NCBI GenBank assembly: GCA_044342265.1
Contig: JBIIQD010000001.1
Coordinates: 1 to 51,303, forward strand
Direction: 5' to 3'
DNA length: 51,303 bases
From: Hydrogenophaga sp.
GTDB lineage: Bacteria > Pseudomonadota > Gammaproteobacteria > Burkholderiales > Burkholderiaceae_C
The notes under the pieces were generated by a model. That model saw only the letters and a list, made by a program, of their open reading frames with translations. It ran no database searches and was not told the DNA's origin. The position numbers and the translations under genes were made by a program. Positions 1-9,532 of the stretch are shown in pieces; position 1 is the stretch's first letter; each line of letters starts with the position of its first letter.

Positions 1-36
1 CTTTGCCAGGTCGATACCGACGGTAGTAATCTTCAT
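1..36 (-). CDS. IS110-family transposase, first 12 codons only (runs off window)
   Basis: Manual translation 36->1: MKITTVGIDLAK (GIDLAK motif with the first catalytic Asp). Confidence 0.8.
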   Translation of the reverse strand, partial: MKITTVGIDLAK

Positions 37-125
37 GGTGGACGCCCCTTTCGGTTCAAGTGGTTGATCAGAGCTCCCACTTTGGCACGTCGATGACGTT
101 TCAAGTGGGAGCGTCCATCCCATTG
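1..125 (-). mobile_element. Left end of an IS110-family (IS1111 subgroup) insertion sequence; element continues beyond the window start
   Basis: Minus strand reads CAATGGG-ATGGACGCTCC (7 nt then a sub-terminal IR). An inverted copy (GGGGCGTCCACC) lies just before an ATG that opens MKITTVGIDLAK, the typical IS110 DEDD N-terminus. Not in the ORF track. Confidence 0.8.
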
Positions 126-194
126 GTCGGCGCCAACACCCGCTCGCATGTCCATCGGCTCGGTGGCAAGCCACAGGCTATCAACCCGGATCAC
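126..194 (-). pseudogene. tnpB: IS66 TnpB N-terminal fragment, cut off next to the IS110 end
   Basis: VIRVDSLWLATEPMDMRAG, starting at a GTGA overlap with the tnpA stop. Confidence 0.75.
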
Positions 195-473
195 TTGAGC
201 AGCTCTCGCATCCACAGGGCGCACTGCTCGGCCGCCGCCAGGGGCCAAGTCAGAGACACGCTGGTGGCGCCGCGACGCAGCTCGATGCGGATGTCCGGCG
301 CAGGTGCTCACGCCGGCGGCGCCACTTGTGCACGACATTGGCGTTGATGCCATGGGACATGGCCACTCTGGCCACCGAAGCGCCTGGCTCGGCGCACTGG
401 GCAAGGATCTGCTGCTTGAGCTCGGCGCGTACCTCCGGCGAGTCTTCATCTTGGCTTCATTCATGGTGTCCAC
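191..473 (-). pseudogene. tnpA: IS66 TnpA (HTH accessory protein), frameshifted
   Basis: Frame-joined reading: MDTMNEAKMKTRRRY / AELKQQILAQCAEPGASVARVAMSHGINANVVHKWRR / DIRIELRRGATSVSLTWPLAAAEQCALWMRELLK*. Confidence 0.75.
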
Positions 474-906
474 CTATCTCGCTTGGTGGACACCATCGTT
501 GCCGCTTAGGCCACTCCATTCATGGGCGGGATGGCCGTGCGCTTACGGTGGGGTTCGTAGACCTGCCCAAGTTGCACTTGACAAGTAGAGCCTCTTTTTT
601 CGATCACGTTCAAGTCGGGTCGTAAAGCTTGCGTTGGCTCATCGCCGAACCTGCTCGGCCGTCACCTGAGCTTGCCGCATTCGGTCTGGCCTCTCGACAT
701 GGTGGACACCAAAGAGGCTCTCTTCGCTCGTTCGTGCACCGCTGTGCTCGTTATTGTTAAGAACGATATCGTATTGATAGCATGACCACGAGGGTTTGTC
801 AGTCACATGAGAGTTAGTTAGTTGTAATCCAATGATCTGTGGGTGGACTTGAATAGTCTTTAAGAACTATGGTCGTGGGCTCATCAACAAACTGAAGGAG
901 ATTGGC

Positions 907-3018
907 ATGGCGACCAAGAAAACGGCAGGAAAGACTGCAGAGATCCTGACCTACGACAGCAGCCTCTCGTTGGCAAACAGGGGGCTCGGTGGAGAGGTTC
1001 AGCAATGCGGAGGCAAGTCTGCTGAGGTCCTGACAACCAACGACGGCACGCCTGTGTCCGACAACCAGAACAGCCTTCGCTCTGGTCCGCGCGGAGCCTC
1101 TTTGCTGGAGGACTTCGTGCTTCAGGAGAAGCTGTCGCACTTTGACCGTGAGCGCATTCCCGAGCGCGTGGTGCATGCCCGCGCCAGCCTTGCTCACGGT
1201 CATTTCGAGTTGACACATTCGCTCGAAAATTTCACGACGGCGAAAGTGCTGACCCAGGTGGGCAAGAAAACTCCGGTGATCGCACGCCTGTCCACGGTGG
1301 CAGGCAGCCGCGGATCGGCCGACACCGTGCGCGACACACGTGGTTTCGCCGTGAAGTTTTACACGGAAGAAGGCAATTGGGATCTGGTGGGCAACAACAT
1401 CCCGGTCTTCTTCATCCAGGACGCGATGAAGTTTCCCGATCTGGTGCATGCGGTCAAACCCGAGCCGGACAGTGGCTTTCCGACAGCAGCCAGTGCGCAC
1501 GACACGTTCTGGGATTTCGTGTCACTGATGCCGGAGAGCTTTCACCATTTGCTGTGGGTGATGAGCGACCGAGGCATCCCGCGCTCGCTGCGGATGATGG
1601 AAGGCTTCGGTGTACACACCTTCCGGCTCATCAACAAACGCGGCGAGAACACCTTTGTCAAATACCACTGGCGTCCCCGCCTTGGTGTGCAGACCTTGCT
1701 GTGGGACGAAGCGGTGAAGATTGCTGGCGCTGACCCGGACTACCACCGCAAGGACCTTTGGGAAGCCATTGCGGCCGGCGACGGACCGGTGTGGGACCTG
1801 GGCGTCCAGTTGTTCACGCAAAAGGACGCCGATGAGTTTCCATTTGATCTCCTGGATCCGACCAAGCTGATCCCGGAGGAGATGGTGCCGGTGACCTTCA
1901 TCGGCCACATGAAGCTCGATCGCAACCCGGACAACTTCTTCGAAGAGAACGAGATGGCGGCGTTCAGTCCGATGCGCATCGTCCCAGGGATGGACTTCAG
2001 CAACGACCCGCTGCTTCAGGGGCGCTTGTTCTCGTACCTGGACACGCAATTGCATCGGCTCGGTGGCCCGAACTTCCAGCAGCTACCCATCAACCGCCCC
2101 AAGTGCCCAATGGCCAACCTGCAGCGGGATGGCTTTGCTCAAGCCCACCAACACAAGGGGCAGGTTGCCTATGAGCCCAATTCGCTTGATCCCGCTGTAC
2201 CCCGGGCGACGGACAAGGGCTTTGTCTCTGCCTCCGTGCATCCGGGAGAGACCCTGGCCAAGGGCAGGCAACGGGCAGACAGCTTCAGAGATCACTACAC
2301 ACAACCGCGCCTGTTCTTCCGGAGCCAGACTCCGATCCAGCAAGGACACATCGCAGCGGCCATCGTGTTCGAGCTGTCCAAGGTCAAGATCCCCCTGATT
2401 CGCGGACGGGTGGTTGGGCATCTGCGCAACATCGATGAAAGTCTCGCCAAAAGGGTGGCAGCTGGACTGAATCTGACTGAGCTTCCAAGCGCTCCACCAG
2501 TAGCCGCCCCTGTGCTTGACATGGAGCCCTCGCAAGCGCTACAGACCACAGGCAAATGGCCTGAGACGCTGGAAGGACGTTGCGTTGGGATCCTCATCGA
2601 CGACGGAAGCGATGCGACCTTCCTGGCTGCGCTAACGATGGCCATTGAAGGTGCCGGCGCCGCAGTGAAGATCATTGCACCAAAGATCGGCGGTGCGCGC
2701 CTGTCCAACAAGCGCCAACAGCCGGCGCACGGACAATTGGCCGGATCCCCTTCGGTGCTGTTCGATGCCGTGGTGGTGCTGCTCTCAGAAGCAGCCGGTG
2801 CGGCCCTGGCCAAGGAGGCCGCTGCGGTCGACTTTGTTCGCGACGCATTTGGACACCTCAAGGCCATCGCGTTGTCACCGGGTGGGCAGCTCGTGGCCAA
2901 AGCGGCAGGTATTGAACCTGACAAATTCGTCGTCGGTGCGGACGACCCCAGGGCATTGGTCAAGGCCGCCAGTCAACGCGTCTGGGACCGTGAGCCTGGC
3001 TTGCGCCAAATTCCCTGA
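907..3018 (+). CDS. katE: Large-subunit monofunctional catalase (HPII) with C-terminal DJ-1/GATase-like domain
   Basis: FDRERIPERVVHAR active-site motif, VGNN, RLFSYLDTQ heme-ligand motif; RBS AAGGAG upstream; 703 aa. Confidence 0.95.
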   Translation: MATKKTAGKTAEILTYDSSLSLANRGLGGEVQQCGGKSAEVLTTNDGTPVSDNQNSLRSGPRGASLLEDFVLQEKLSHFDRERIPERVVHARASLAHGHFELTHSLENFTTAKVLTQVGKKTPVIARLSTVAGSRGSADTVRDTRGFAVKFYTEEGNWDLVGNNIPVFFIQDAMKFPDLVHAVKPEPDSGFPTAASAHDTFWDFVSLMPESFHHLLWVMSDRGIPRSLRMMEGFGVHTFRLINKRGENTFVKYHWRPRLGVQTLLWDEAVKIAGADPDYHRKDLWEAIAAGDGPVWDLGVQLFTQKDADEFPFDLLDPTKLIPEEMVPVTFIGHMKLDRNPDNFFEENEMAAFSPMRIVPGMDFSNDPLLQGRLFSYLDTQLHRLGGPNFQQLPINRPKCPMANLQRDGFAQAHQHKGQVAYEPNSLDPAVPRATDKGFVSASVHPGETLAKGRQRADSFRDHYTQPRLFFRSQTPIQQGHIAAAIVFELSKVKIPLIRGRVVGHLRNIDESLAKRVAAGLNLTELPSAPPVAAPVLDMEPSQALQTTGKWPETLEGRCVGILIDDGSDATFLAALTMAIEGAGAAVKIIAPKIGGARLSNKRQQPAHGQLAGSPSVLFDAVVVLLSEAAGAALAKEAAAVDFVRDAFGHLKAIALSPGGQLVAKAAGIEPDKFVVGADDPRALVKAASQRVWDREPGLRQIP

Positions 3019-3032
3019 ACCAGGAGACCACC

Positions 3033-3491
3033 ATGTCAATCAACATTTTTGAAGCCCTGCGCGAGAGCCATGACGTTCAGCGCGATCTGTGCACCCGTGT
3101 CGTCAGAGCCAAATCGGGGTCTGCCGGAAAGGAGGAAGCCTTCATGGCGCTGAAGATCGAACTCGAAGCGCATGCAGCGGCAGAGGAGCGCTTCCTGTAC
3201 TGTCCCATCCTGATGGACGACAACGGCCTGAGTCCATCTCGTCATGCCCTGTCCGAGCACCACGAGATCGAAGAGCTGCTAGAGGAGATGTCGGTCAACG
3301 ACAAGTCCACAGCAGCCTGGCAGAAGAAAGCCGCTGAACTGAGCCACACCGTGCGGCATCACCTCAAGGAAGAGGAACGCGGGTTCTTTCAACAGGCTGG
3401 AAAGATTCTGACGGAGAAGCAAAAATCGACCTTGGCCGGGAAGTACTTGCGCGATCTCAAGCGTATGAAGAAGGTACTGTCTGGGGGTTGA
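3033..3491 (+). CDS. Hemerythrin/HHE cation-binding domain protein
   Basis: H...HAAAEERFLY...EHHEIE...HHLKEEE pattern; RBS AGGAG; 14 bp after katE. Confidence 0.85.
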   Translation: MSINIFEALRESHDVQRDLCTRVVRAKSGSAGKEEAFMALKIELEAHAAAEERFLYCPILMDDNGLSPSRHALSEHHEIEELLEEMSVNDKSTAAWQKKAAELSHTVRHHLKEEERGFFQQAGKILTEKQKSTLAGKYLRDLKRMKKVLSGG

Positions 3492-3735
3492 CCTCGGAAG
3501 AGGCAATCGTCAGAGGCGGCCCGCGGGAGGAGAAGTCCTTCTGGCGGGCGCCCATGATCAGTCGCTGCGAAGTACCGAACAAACATTCTTAAACATTGGC
3601 CGATCGTTGTGGGCTTTGTATGGTGGAGTGCCTGGTTGTCGCCACTCGAAAATGCTCAAACCCCGTGCACGAATGGCTGATTGCAGCGGCGGATTCAAGC
3701 GGTCGGCAAGCCAACCAAACAGAATCCTCAGAGAG

Positions 3736-3912
3736 TCAAGCCACCGAGATTGACCCAGCGGGCTCCAGGTTGAGGTCGGCCACCGCCTTGCGCACGTCTG
3801 CAGACCAGAGGAAAAGCCGGTTCCAGGGTTTGACCTGCACGTAGTCTTGCGGTCCGTAAAACTGCGCGCTGGAGATGTCTGCGCTATACCGGTCGATCCA
3901 GCTGCTCCACCC
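3736..3912 (-). pseudogene. Possible orphan C-terminal gene fragment of unknown family
   Basis: 58 open codons with GC-rich third positions (GWSSWIDRYSADISSAQFYGPQDYVQVKPWNRLFLWSADVRKAVADLNLEPAGSISVA*), preceded by a stop and with no start codon. Confidence 0.3.
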
Positions 3913-4035
3913 TCACTCATGGGGAAAGACAATCGAAAACAGCGGCGTTGAAGGATCGTCCTGCTCCCGGCGCCTCGACCTCAGTCGGCACTAGAAAATG
4001 AAACACGATGCCGGTTCTAAATCCCGAGCGGTGGG

Positions 4036-4341
4036 TTAAACCGAAGCGGCGAACTTCAGCACCATCCCGATCACGAACAGCGAGGCAGCGATACGACCCC
4101 AGCGCCAGGTGGTGAACCAGTAACGGTGATTGACCCACACCGCTCGATGGATTCGCTCAGCTGAGAACAGGAGCGCAATGGCAACGACCATGGGGCCAAC
4201 GATGCCAACGGGCGCATCGATGTGGCTCAACAGGAATACCCAGAACAGCGGCCAGGCCACCGCATCGATGGCCGCGAGCCATTGACGACCGGTCCAGTGC
4301 GGTGCATTGGCCCGGGGTTCACGCGCAATGAGTAGCCACAT
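4036..4341 (-). CDS. Small integral membrane protein, unknown function
   Basis: 101 aa, about three hydrophobic segments, RBS GGAGG upstream of ATG. Confidence 0.7.
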   Translation of the reverse strand: MWLLIAREPRANAPHWTGRQWLAAIDAVAWPLFWVFLLSHIDAPVGIVGPMVVAIALLFSAERIHRAVWVNHRYWFTTWRWGRIAASLFVIGMVLKFAASV

Positions 4342-5087
4342 ACCAACCTCCAGTCACTGCATGCTTCACAGATTCAATCCACTGCTCTTCCCGTCCCTAC
4401 GGCGCTCAACACGGCCCAGAATGGAAAGGCGGCAGACAAGCACTCAAAGATTGCCACTTCGCAACCGGTGATAGAACTCACACGGCAACCAACCGTAAAA
4501 GATGCTTCATCGCTCAAGGGTCCATGGCCTGCCCATTCATCCAAGAATTCGGGGCGCCTACTCCTTAAGGAACACTGCCCCAATTTCCGAGGGAGCTGGA
4601 TTGGGAGTCCGTCCCTCGGTCATAGAGTCTGTTCAGGTGCGCACTCTGCCCCGCATTCGTCGGTCGCCGTGCGACACCTAAAGCGCTGCATTTAGGCGCG
4701 AGCGCCTGGGCACCGTGGAATAAATGGAAGGTGACCACCAGAGTGAAACGGTGGTGGGACGGCGGCCGTTTATGCCGCGAAAGGCCTTGGCGCTCGCACC
4801 GGCAGCGCTATGGTTCGCAAGTCGGCGAGCGGCGAAATTTCAGGGGTGGCACCTTTGAAAGATCGCTGGTGTGACCGTCCACACAGCGGGCTCTAGGCTC
4901 CATGCATCTCGGTTCGTGCAGCGCCGCGCGCCATCAATTCGTTCCAACAGGCTCCGATGGACGGATACGACTGGAAACTATTGAGACGCGCACGATACCC
5001 GCGCCATCTAGACAGTTCTTCGCAGCGCCCTACTAAATGGATATAGCTAGCAACCTGTCGCCGCTGACCCTCCTGGAGCACCCGCAC

Positions 5088-6095
5088 ATGCTGGATCGTG
5101 AGCAGTTGGAAACGTTTGCCATCGTGATCGAGCAGCAGAGCTTTGACCGCGCAGCAAACGTGCTCAGCGTCTCGCGCGGTGCCGTCTCTCAGCGCATCAA
5201 GGCCTTGGAAGAATCGCTTTCCACTGTGCTGGTCAAGCGAGAGCGGCCGGTGGCGGCCACGCACGCAGGCGAGGTGTTGCTGCGTCATGTGAAGGCATTG
5301 CGCATTCTTGAAGGTTCTGCGCTTCAAGAGTTGACGCCCACAGCCAAACCACACGCACCCGTGTCACTGGCCATTGCGGTGAATGCCGACTCCCTGGCCA
5401 CCTGGTTTCCTGAAGTGCTCAGGGAGCTGCTGCTGGGCCAGTTGGTTGCCCTGGAGGTGATCGCAGACGACCAAGACCACACCTCTGCCCTGCTGGCTCG
5501 CGGCGATGTGATCGGGTGTATATCGACATCTGCCAAACCCGCCGATGGCTTCTTGGCCGAATGCCTGGGCGCCATGGAATACCGTTGCTACGCGACGCCA
5601 GACTTCGCGCACGCGCACTTTCCGAGCGGGCTCACGGTGCCCGCTGTGCTCTCAACACCGGCTGTGTTGTTCAACCGCAAGGATTCGCTGCACGACGAGT
5701 TCCTGAGAAAGCATTTCGGGTTTGCCGTTGAGCGGTATGCCAGACACTACCTGCCCTCGCCTGTCGCCTTGCTCGAAGGGGTTGCCATGGGCGCTGGATA
5801 TGGCTTGATTCCCAGCTGGCAAGCGACACCCTTGGTGGAAGCGGGGCAGCTCGTGGACGTCTGCCCCAATGAGCGGGAGATGGTGGACCTGTTCTGGCAT
5901 CACTGGGACCTTGAACCACCGATGGCCAGTGACATCACTGCCCTGATCGTCAAGGTGGCCAGGAACAGCCTGGAGCCTTCGGTCGGGGTCGATCCATCAA
6001 CGGCGCAGGCTGAAGAATCGGCCAGTCCACCCTCCAGCCGCAAAGCGGAACCACAGGGCGGTGCCAGCGGACAAGAAGCATCCGAGCAGCAGTGA
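5088..6095 (+). CDS. LysR-type regulator, ArgP/IciA/LysG subfamily
   Basis: HTH with SFDRAA...AVSQRIKALEE; ArgP-typical IAVNADSLATWF, LGAMEYRC, FNRKDSLH; RBS GGAG before MLDREQL. Confidence 0.9.
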   Translation: MLDREQLETFAIVIEQQSFDRAANVLSVSRGAVSQRIKALEESLSTVLVKRERPVAATHAGEVLLRHVKALRILEGSALQELTPTAKPHAPVSLAIAVNADSLATWFPEVLRELLLGQLVALEVIADDQDHTSALLARGDVIGCISTSAKPADGFLAECLGAMEYRCYATPDFAHAHFPSGLTVPAVLSTPAVLFNRKDSLHDEFLRKHFGFAVERYARHYLPSPVALLEGVAMGAGYGLIPSWQATPLVEAGQLVDVCPNEREMVDLFWHHWDLEPPMASDITALIVKVARNSLEPSVGVDPSTAQAEESASPPSSRKAEPQGGASGQEASEQQ

Positions 6096-7265
6096 CACCA
6101 CGTCGGCGTCTTCGCCGTACTGCCCCAACCAGCCTGCCAGATGCACGGCAACTGAAGCCGTAAAGCCAACCGCCACGATCCACCGCGCTTGCTGTGGCGG
6201 TACGACGATGCCTGTGACCATGGTGGCAAAGCAAACGCTAATGCTGGCGATGTAGACCACGTTGACCGACACCATGGTGTCCACAATGCCCTGGTCACGT
6301 GAAGCCAGCAACGCGCCCAAACCCAAGGCAATCAGCGCGAACACCGGGTGACCCGCAGAACTGCTGCCAGAAGCGGCGCACGCCAGTGCTTCCGTCATGG
6401 CGCGCAAGATCGCAGCGCCTGCACCCAACGCAGCCACTGACAACGCGATGAGCATCAGTTTGTCAGCACCCTCCCCAACCGATCCAGCGACCTGCCCCAG
6501 CACCCAGGGAACCACCTGCTTGGCGTCTGCCAAGTCGCCCAACATGCCACCACTCTGCATGGCGACCACCACGGCCGACGGCAAAAAGGCGATCACGAAG
6601 AGCAGCAGCCCTGCAAGAACGCAGCCGCCCACGGCGGCCAAGGGTGAGCGCGCGGCCAACACAAACTGCTGGTAGTCGGCACCGGTGCAGACCAACAAGC
6701 CGACGGCCAGTGATATGGCCACCACGCGAGATGGACTGAACGTGGACAGGTCTTCGGTAAAGGCGGGAATCGCCTGCAAGTAGACGCCCATGCCGTTGGC
6801 GATCACCAGCGCGTAGACCAGGACAGCGGCGCTCGCAAGAAGACACACGGCGAACAGGGCCGATGCGAACCGCAAGACCAATCGCGATGCGCCGTAGATC
6901 AACATCAATATCGCCAGGTAGCTGTGTGCCTGTTCAAGGCCCAGCAACTCCAGTACCGCAACGCCGCCTTGAATCTGGGCAGCCAGTACGCCTGACATCC
7001 AGATCGACGACAGCAACGCCACCACGCCTTGAAGCTGCTTGCCGTAGGCACGGCCAAACAGGTCCCAGACCGGAAGCCCAGTTACCCAAAGCCGTCGTGC
7101 GAAGACGGCCATCATCAGCATGCCAAAGCCGGTGGCCACCCCATAGATGCTGCCTGCCATGCCGTGGGAAAGCGCCAGTTCGCCCGAGCCGAAAAGGAAA
7201 CCAATCCCGTAGCTGGCCGAGACCAGGAGCGCCGCAACCTGCAAGCTACCCAGCGCCCTGTTCAT
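5997..7265 (-). CDS. Sodium:solute symporter (SSS)-like membrane transporter
   Basis: Many TM helices, N-terminal SASYGIGFLFGSGE, YQQFVLAARS motif; start overlaps the desaturase stop (ATGA). Confidence 0.75.
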   Translation of the reverse strand: MNRALGSLQVAALLVSASYGIGFLFGSGELALSHGMAGSIYGVATGFGMLMMAVFARRLWVTGLPVWDLFGRAYGKQLQGVVALLSSIWMSGVLAAQIQGGVAVLELLGLEQAHSYLAILMLIYGASRLVLRFASALFAVCLLASAAVLVYALVIANGMGVYLQAIPAFTEDLSTFSPSRVVAISLAVGLLVCTGADYQQFVLAARSPLAAVGGCVLAGLLLFVIAFLPSAVVVAMQSGGMLGDLADAKQVVPWVLGQVAGSVGEGADKLMLIALSVAALGAGAAILRAMTEALACAASGSSSAGHPVFALIALGLGALLASRDQGIVDTMVSVNVVYIASISVCFATMVTGIVVPPQQARWIVAVGFTASVAVHLAGWLGQYGEDADVVSLLLGCFLSAGTALWFRFAAGGWTGRFFSLRR

Positions 7266-8209
7266 GGAACCCGCCCTTGCGTCTGCCACGCGCCAGTCAC
7301 AGGGTCTGCGCCTTTGAAGTAGACGGAGCAGACCTTGCCGCGGTCCCGAAAGACTTCTTGCCCTTTCAGCAACTGGTGGGCCTCGGGCAGTCGGTAGTAG
7401 GGCACCGCTGGCAAGAGGTGATGGGTGAGGTGGTATCCGTTGTTGCGCGGGTGGATCAGCCAGCGCCAGAAACCGTGGCAAGCCATGTCACGCGTGAAGG
7501 TGAACACCCCTCCCGGCTGAAGGCCGAAGTGGTCACACATCTCGCGGAAGGTGGTGATCAGATGGAAAACTGTTGCCCTGGCCAGCAACCACAGTAACAA
7601 AAAGGTGATGGTGAAGTCGGGGCCGGCCACAACCCACATCAATGCCACAGCCCCGACCCACCACCCAAGGATGTAGAGCTGACTGACTGTGCGAACCTGG
7701 CGCGAAAGCAGGTGCCCAGCCACCGCCGATAGCCATGCGTTCAAGGAAAAAACCTGGTCCACGTAGCTCGCGAACCAGGTCGTCGGCCCACTTCGAGAGA
7801 AAAACAGGAGGTCCGGGTCACCACCATCGGTCCCCAGTTCCATGTGGTGTTTGAAGTGTGTTTCGCGGTAGCGAGTCAGGCTCGCGAACAACGAGGGCGC
7901 GATGAAAAGGCGGGCCACCAGGTCGTTTCGCCGTCGGTCCCGCCACAGATTCCGATGCCCCGCGTCGTGGAGGATGTTGCCGAGCGCGCGTTGACGGTTG
8001 GCGATCAGCACAACGGCCAGCGGCGCGAGCAGCTCGCTCCACCACACAACCAGCGCCACCGAGCTGAGAACGATGAGCCAATCGAAGGCAATGTCCAGCA
8101 AGGCGCGCCAAGGCGCCAGCCGAAACAGCTCACAGTGCGGATCACCCTGTTGGCGCAGTTCTGATCGAAGCGCGGCCATGTCCGAAAGGACATGCGAAGT
8201 TGTTGTCAT
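7262..8209 (-). CDS. Membrane fatty-acid desaturase/hydroxylase superfamily di-iron enzyme
   Basis: His boxes HDAGH, HFKHH, DH and HLTHH(LLPAVPYY); RBS GGAAGGAG before MTTTSH. Confidence 0.85.
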   Translation of the reverse strand: MTTTSHVLSDMAALRSELRQQGDPHCELFRLAPWRALLDIAFDWLIVLSSVALVVWWSELLAPLAVVLIANRQRALGNILHDAGHRNLWRDRRRNDLVARLFIAPSLFASLTRYRETHFKHHMELGTDGGDPDLLFFSRSGPTTWFASYVDQVFSLNAWLSAVAGHLLSRQVRTVSQLYILGWWVGAVALMWVVAGPDFTITFLLLWLLARATVFHLITTFREMCDHFGLQPGGVFTFTRDMACHGFWRWLIHPRNNGYHLTHHLLPAVPYYRLPEAHQLLKGQEVFRDRGKVCSVYFKGADPVTGAWQTQGRVP

Positions 8210-8330
8210 GATGGACACTCCTTCCTCACTGCGTGCGGCTGCGGACGGCCTCGCAGCGCACGGTAGCGTTTGTCGGAGCACAAGGGCCAGGCCGCGCCAA
8301 ACGGTAGCAGGAGATCCCAGCAGCGTGCGG

Positions 8331-8371
8331 TGGTTTAGGAACTTTGGCCTCGCGTCAATTCAGCTAAACCA
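8331..8371. promoter_or_regulatory. Candidate operator (inverted repeat) in the divergent desaturase/ACT intergenic region
   Basis: TGGTTTAG-N25-CTAAACCA, perfect 8-bp arms. Confidence 0.35.
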
Positions 8372-8480
8372 GTCCCTTCTGCGTTGCACCTGAGCACTTG
8401 TGCACACGCCGGGTCAACGCCAGCCGCCCATAATCAACGCCGAAAGCCAACACCATTTCCCTGTGTAGGAGGACATCGGA

Positions 8481-8894
8481 GTGAGCGGAGAAAAAGACCA
8501 AGTTCGGCTGCAGCAAATGATGGCCCCTGACCTTCGGCCAGAAACCTACGTCTACTGCACCTTCCAGGACCATCGCCTCCCTGTTGACCTCTCCCCCATC
8601 TGCACGTTCTGGGAGACCGAAGGATTGACGGCCATCGTGGAGCGCTCTCAAGCCATTCAGGCCAAGGTGCCCTTCATCTTTGAGGCCAAACTCATCACGC
8701 TCACCGTGCACTCGTCGCTGGAGGCCATTGGCTTTCTGGCCATGATCGCTACAGCCCTGGCCAAAGCGGGCATCCCTTGCAATGCGGTCGCCGCCTTCCA
8801 CCACGATCACCTGTTCATTCCGGTTGAGCGTGCCGACGACGCGTTCTCTTTGCTGAACGCTTTGAGCCACAGCAGCGCACCGGCAGCAATTTGA
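8481..8894 (+). CDS. ACT domain-containing protein (DUF2241 + ACT_7 type)
   Basis: MSGEKD...M.P.L, ETEGLT, ITLTVHSSLEAIGF, GIPCNAVAAFHHDHLFIP; RBS AGGAGG. Confidence 0.85.
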   Translation: MSGEKDQVRLQQMMAPDLRPETYVYCTFQDHRLPVDLSPICTFWETEGLTAIVERSQAIQAKVPFIFEAKLITLTVHSSLEAIGFLAMIATALAKAGIPCNAVAAFHHDHLFIPVERADDAFSLLNALSHSSAPAAI

Positions 8895-8972
8895 CGCGCT
8901 GCACACGCAGGGTCTTCTTCGTTTAGCGCGACTGAACCCACTGCAGATTTGGGCGCCCTGCCCGGATTTCCT

Positions 8973-9027
8973 TTGACATCGCGCGCCGCGTTTGTCTACC
9001 CTACACTCTATCCAGTCTCTTGAGACT
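8973..9027 (+). promoter_or_regulatory. Putative sigma70 promoter with a downstream palindromic operator for the hypothetical-luxR operon
   Basis: TTGACA (8973-8978)-N18-TACCCT (8997-9002); AGTCTC-TT-GAGACT at 9014-9027. Confidence 0.4.
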
Positions 9028-9094
9028 TGGTGCTTGGGTTACGCGGTGTCAGCAACGCGTGGCCTGTCGGTCAATCAGACCTGAAGGAGCGGGC

Positions 9095-9532
9095 ATGAAC
9101 AACCTTCAACTCTCCGAGGTGACGCCGTCAGCAACTAAGGTTGTGACACGCCCTTCGGTCAAACGCCGTGTCGACCCTATCGACGCGCCCGCCCGCCCAC
9201 TGGGCTCCAAACGTTTGGCGCTGATTGCAAAGCGCACCAACGCTGCCGCATCGACGTCAGCTCGCAGTTCAAATCGCGTTGCTGCGGGCGATACCTTGCT
9301 GGCAAACCACGATGGCAGCGTGACCTTCCTCCTGCGCACAACCAGCTACGGTCTGTTGATGGAGCGCACACAACGCCAGGCTTCGGGCATGCGGCTGGTG
9401 CAGACCATGGTCTTTCATGACGCCAAGAGCTTCGACCTCTGGTGTGCGGTTGAGCCGCTGCGTTTTGATGATGGGCTGCTGTTCAGCAAACTGGGACGGG
9501 CGGGTCATGCGACCTTTGCAACCCACGTCTGA
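9095..9532 (+). CDS. Hypothetical protein overlapping the luxR gene
   Basis: RBS AAGGAG before MNNLQL; globular-looking C-terminal half; overlaps next ORF. Confidence 0.65.
   Translation: MNNLQLSEVTPSATKVVTRPSVKRRVDPIDAPARPLGSKRLALIAKRTNAAASTSARSSNRVAAGDTLLANHDGSVTFLLRTTSYGLLMERTQRQASGMRLVQTMVFHDAKSFDLWCAVEPLRFDDGLLFSKLGRAGHATFATHV

Larger units (their letters stand above)
126..546 (-). mobile_element. Decayed IS66-family element, left part
   Basis: Terminal GTAAGCG at 546->540. Inverted repeat ATGGTGTCCACC-N10-GGTGGACACCAT (463-496) over the tnpA start. tnpA and tnpB remnants follow. Confidence 0.8.

Noticed and set aside
33-473. 146-aa minus-strand ORF
   Set aside because: Chimera of out-of-frame IS66 tnpA, the tnpB start and the IS110 leader.
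622-720. Possible second IS66-like end (GTAAAGC... ATGGTGGACACCAA)
   Set aside because: Only short similarity to the 463-496 repeat, and no transposase remnant follows.
4669-5030. Group II intron remnant (GTGCGAC start)
   Set aside because: No convincing domain V/VI or RT fragment; kept only as a generic structured-region finding.
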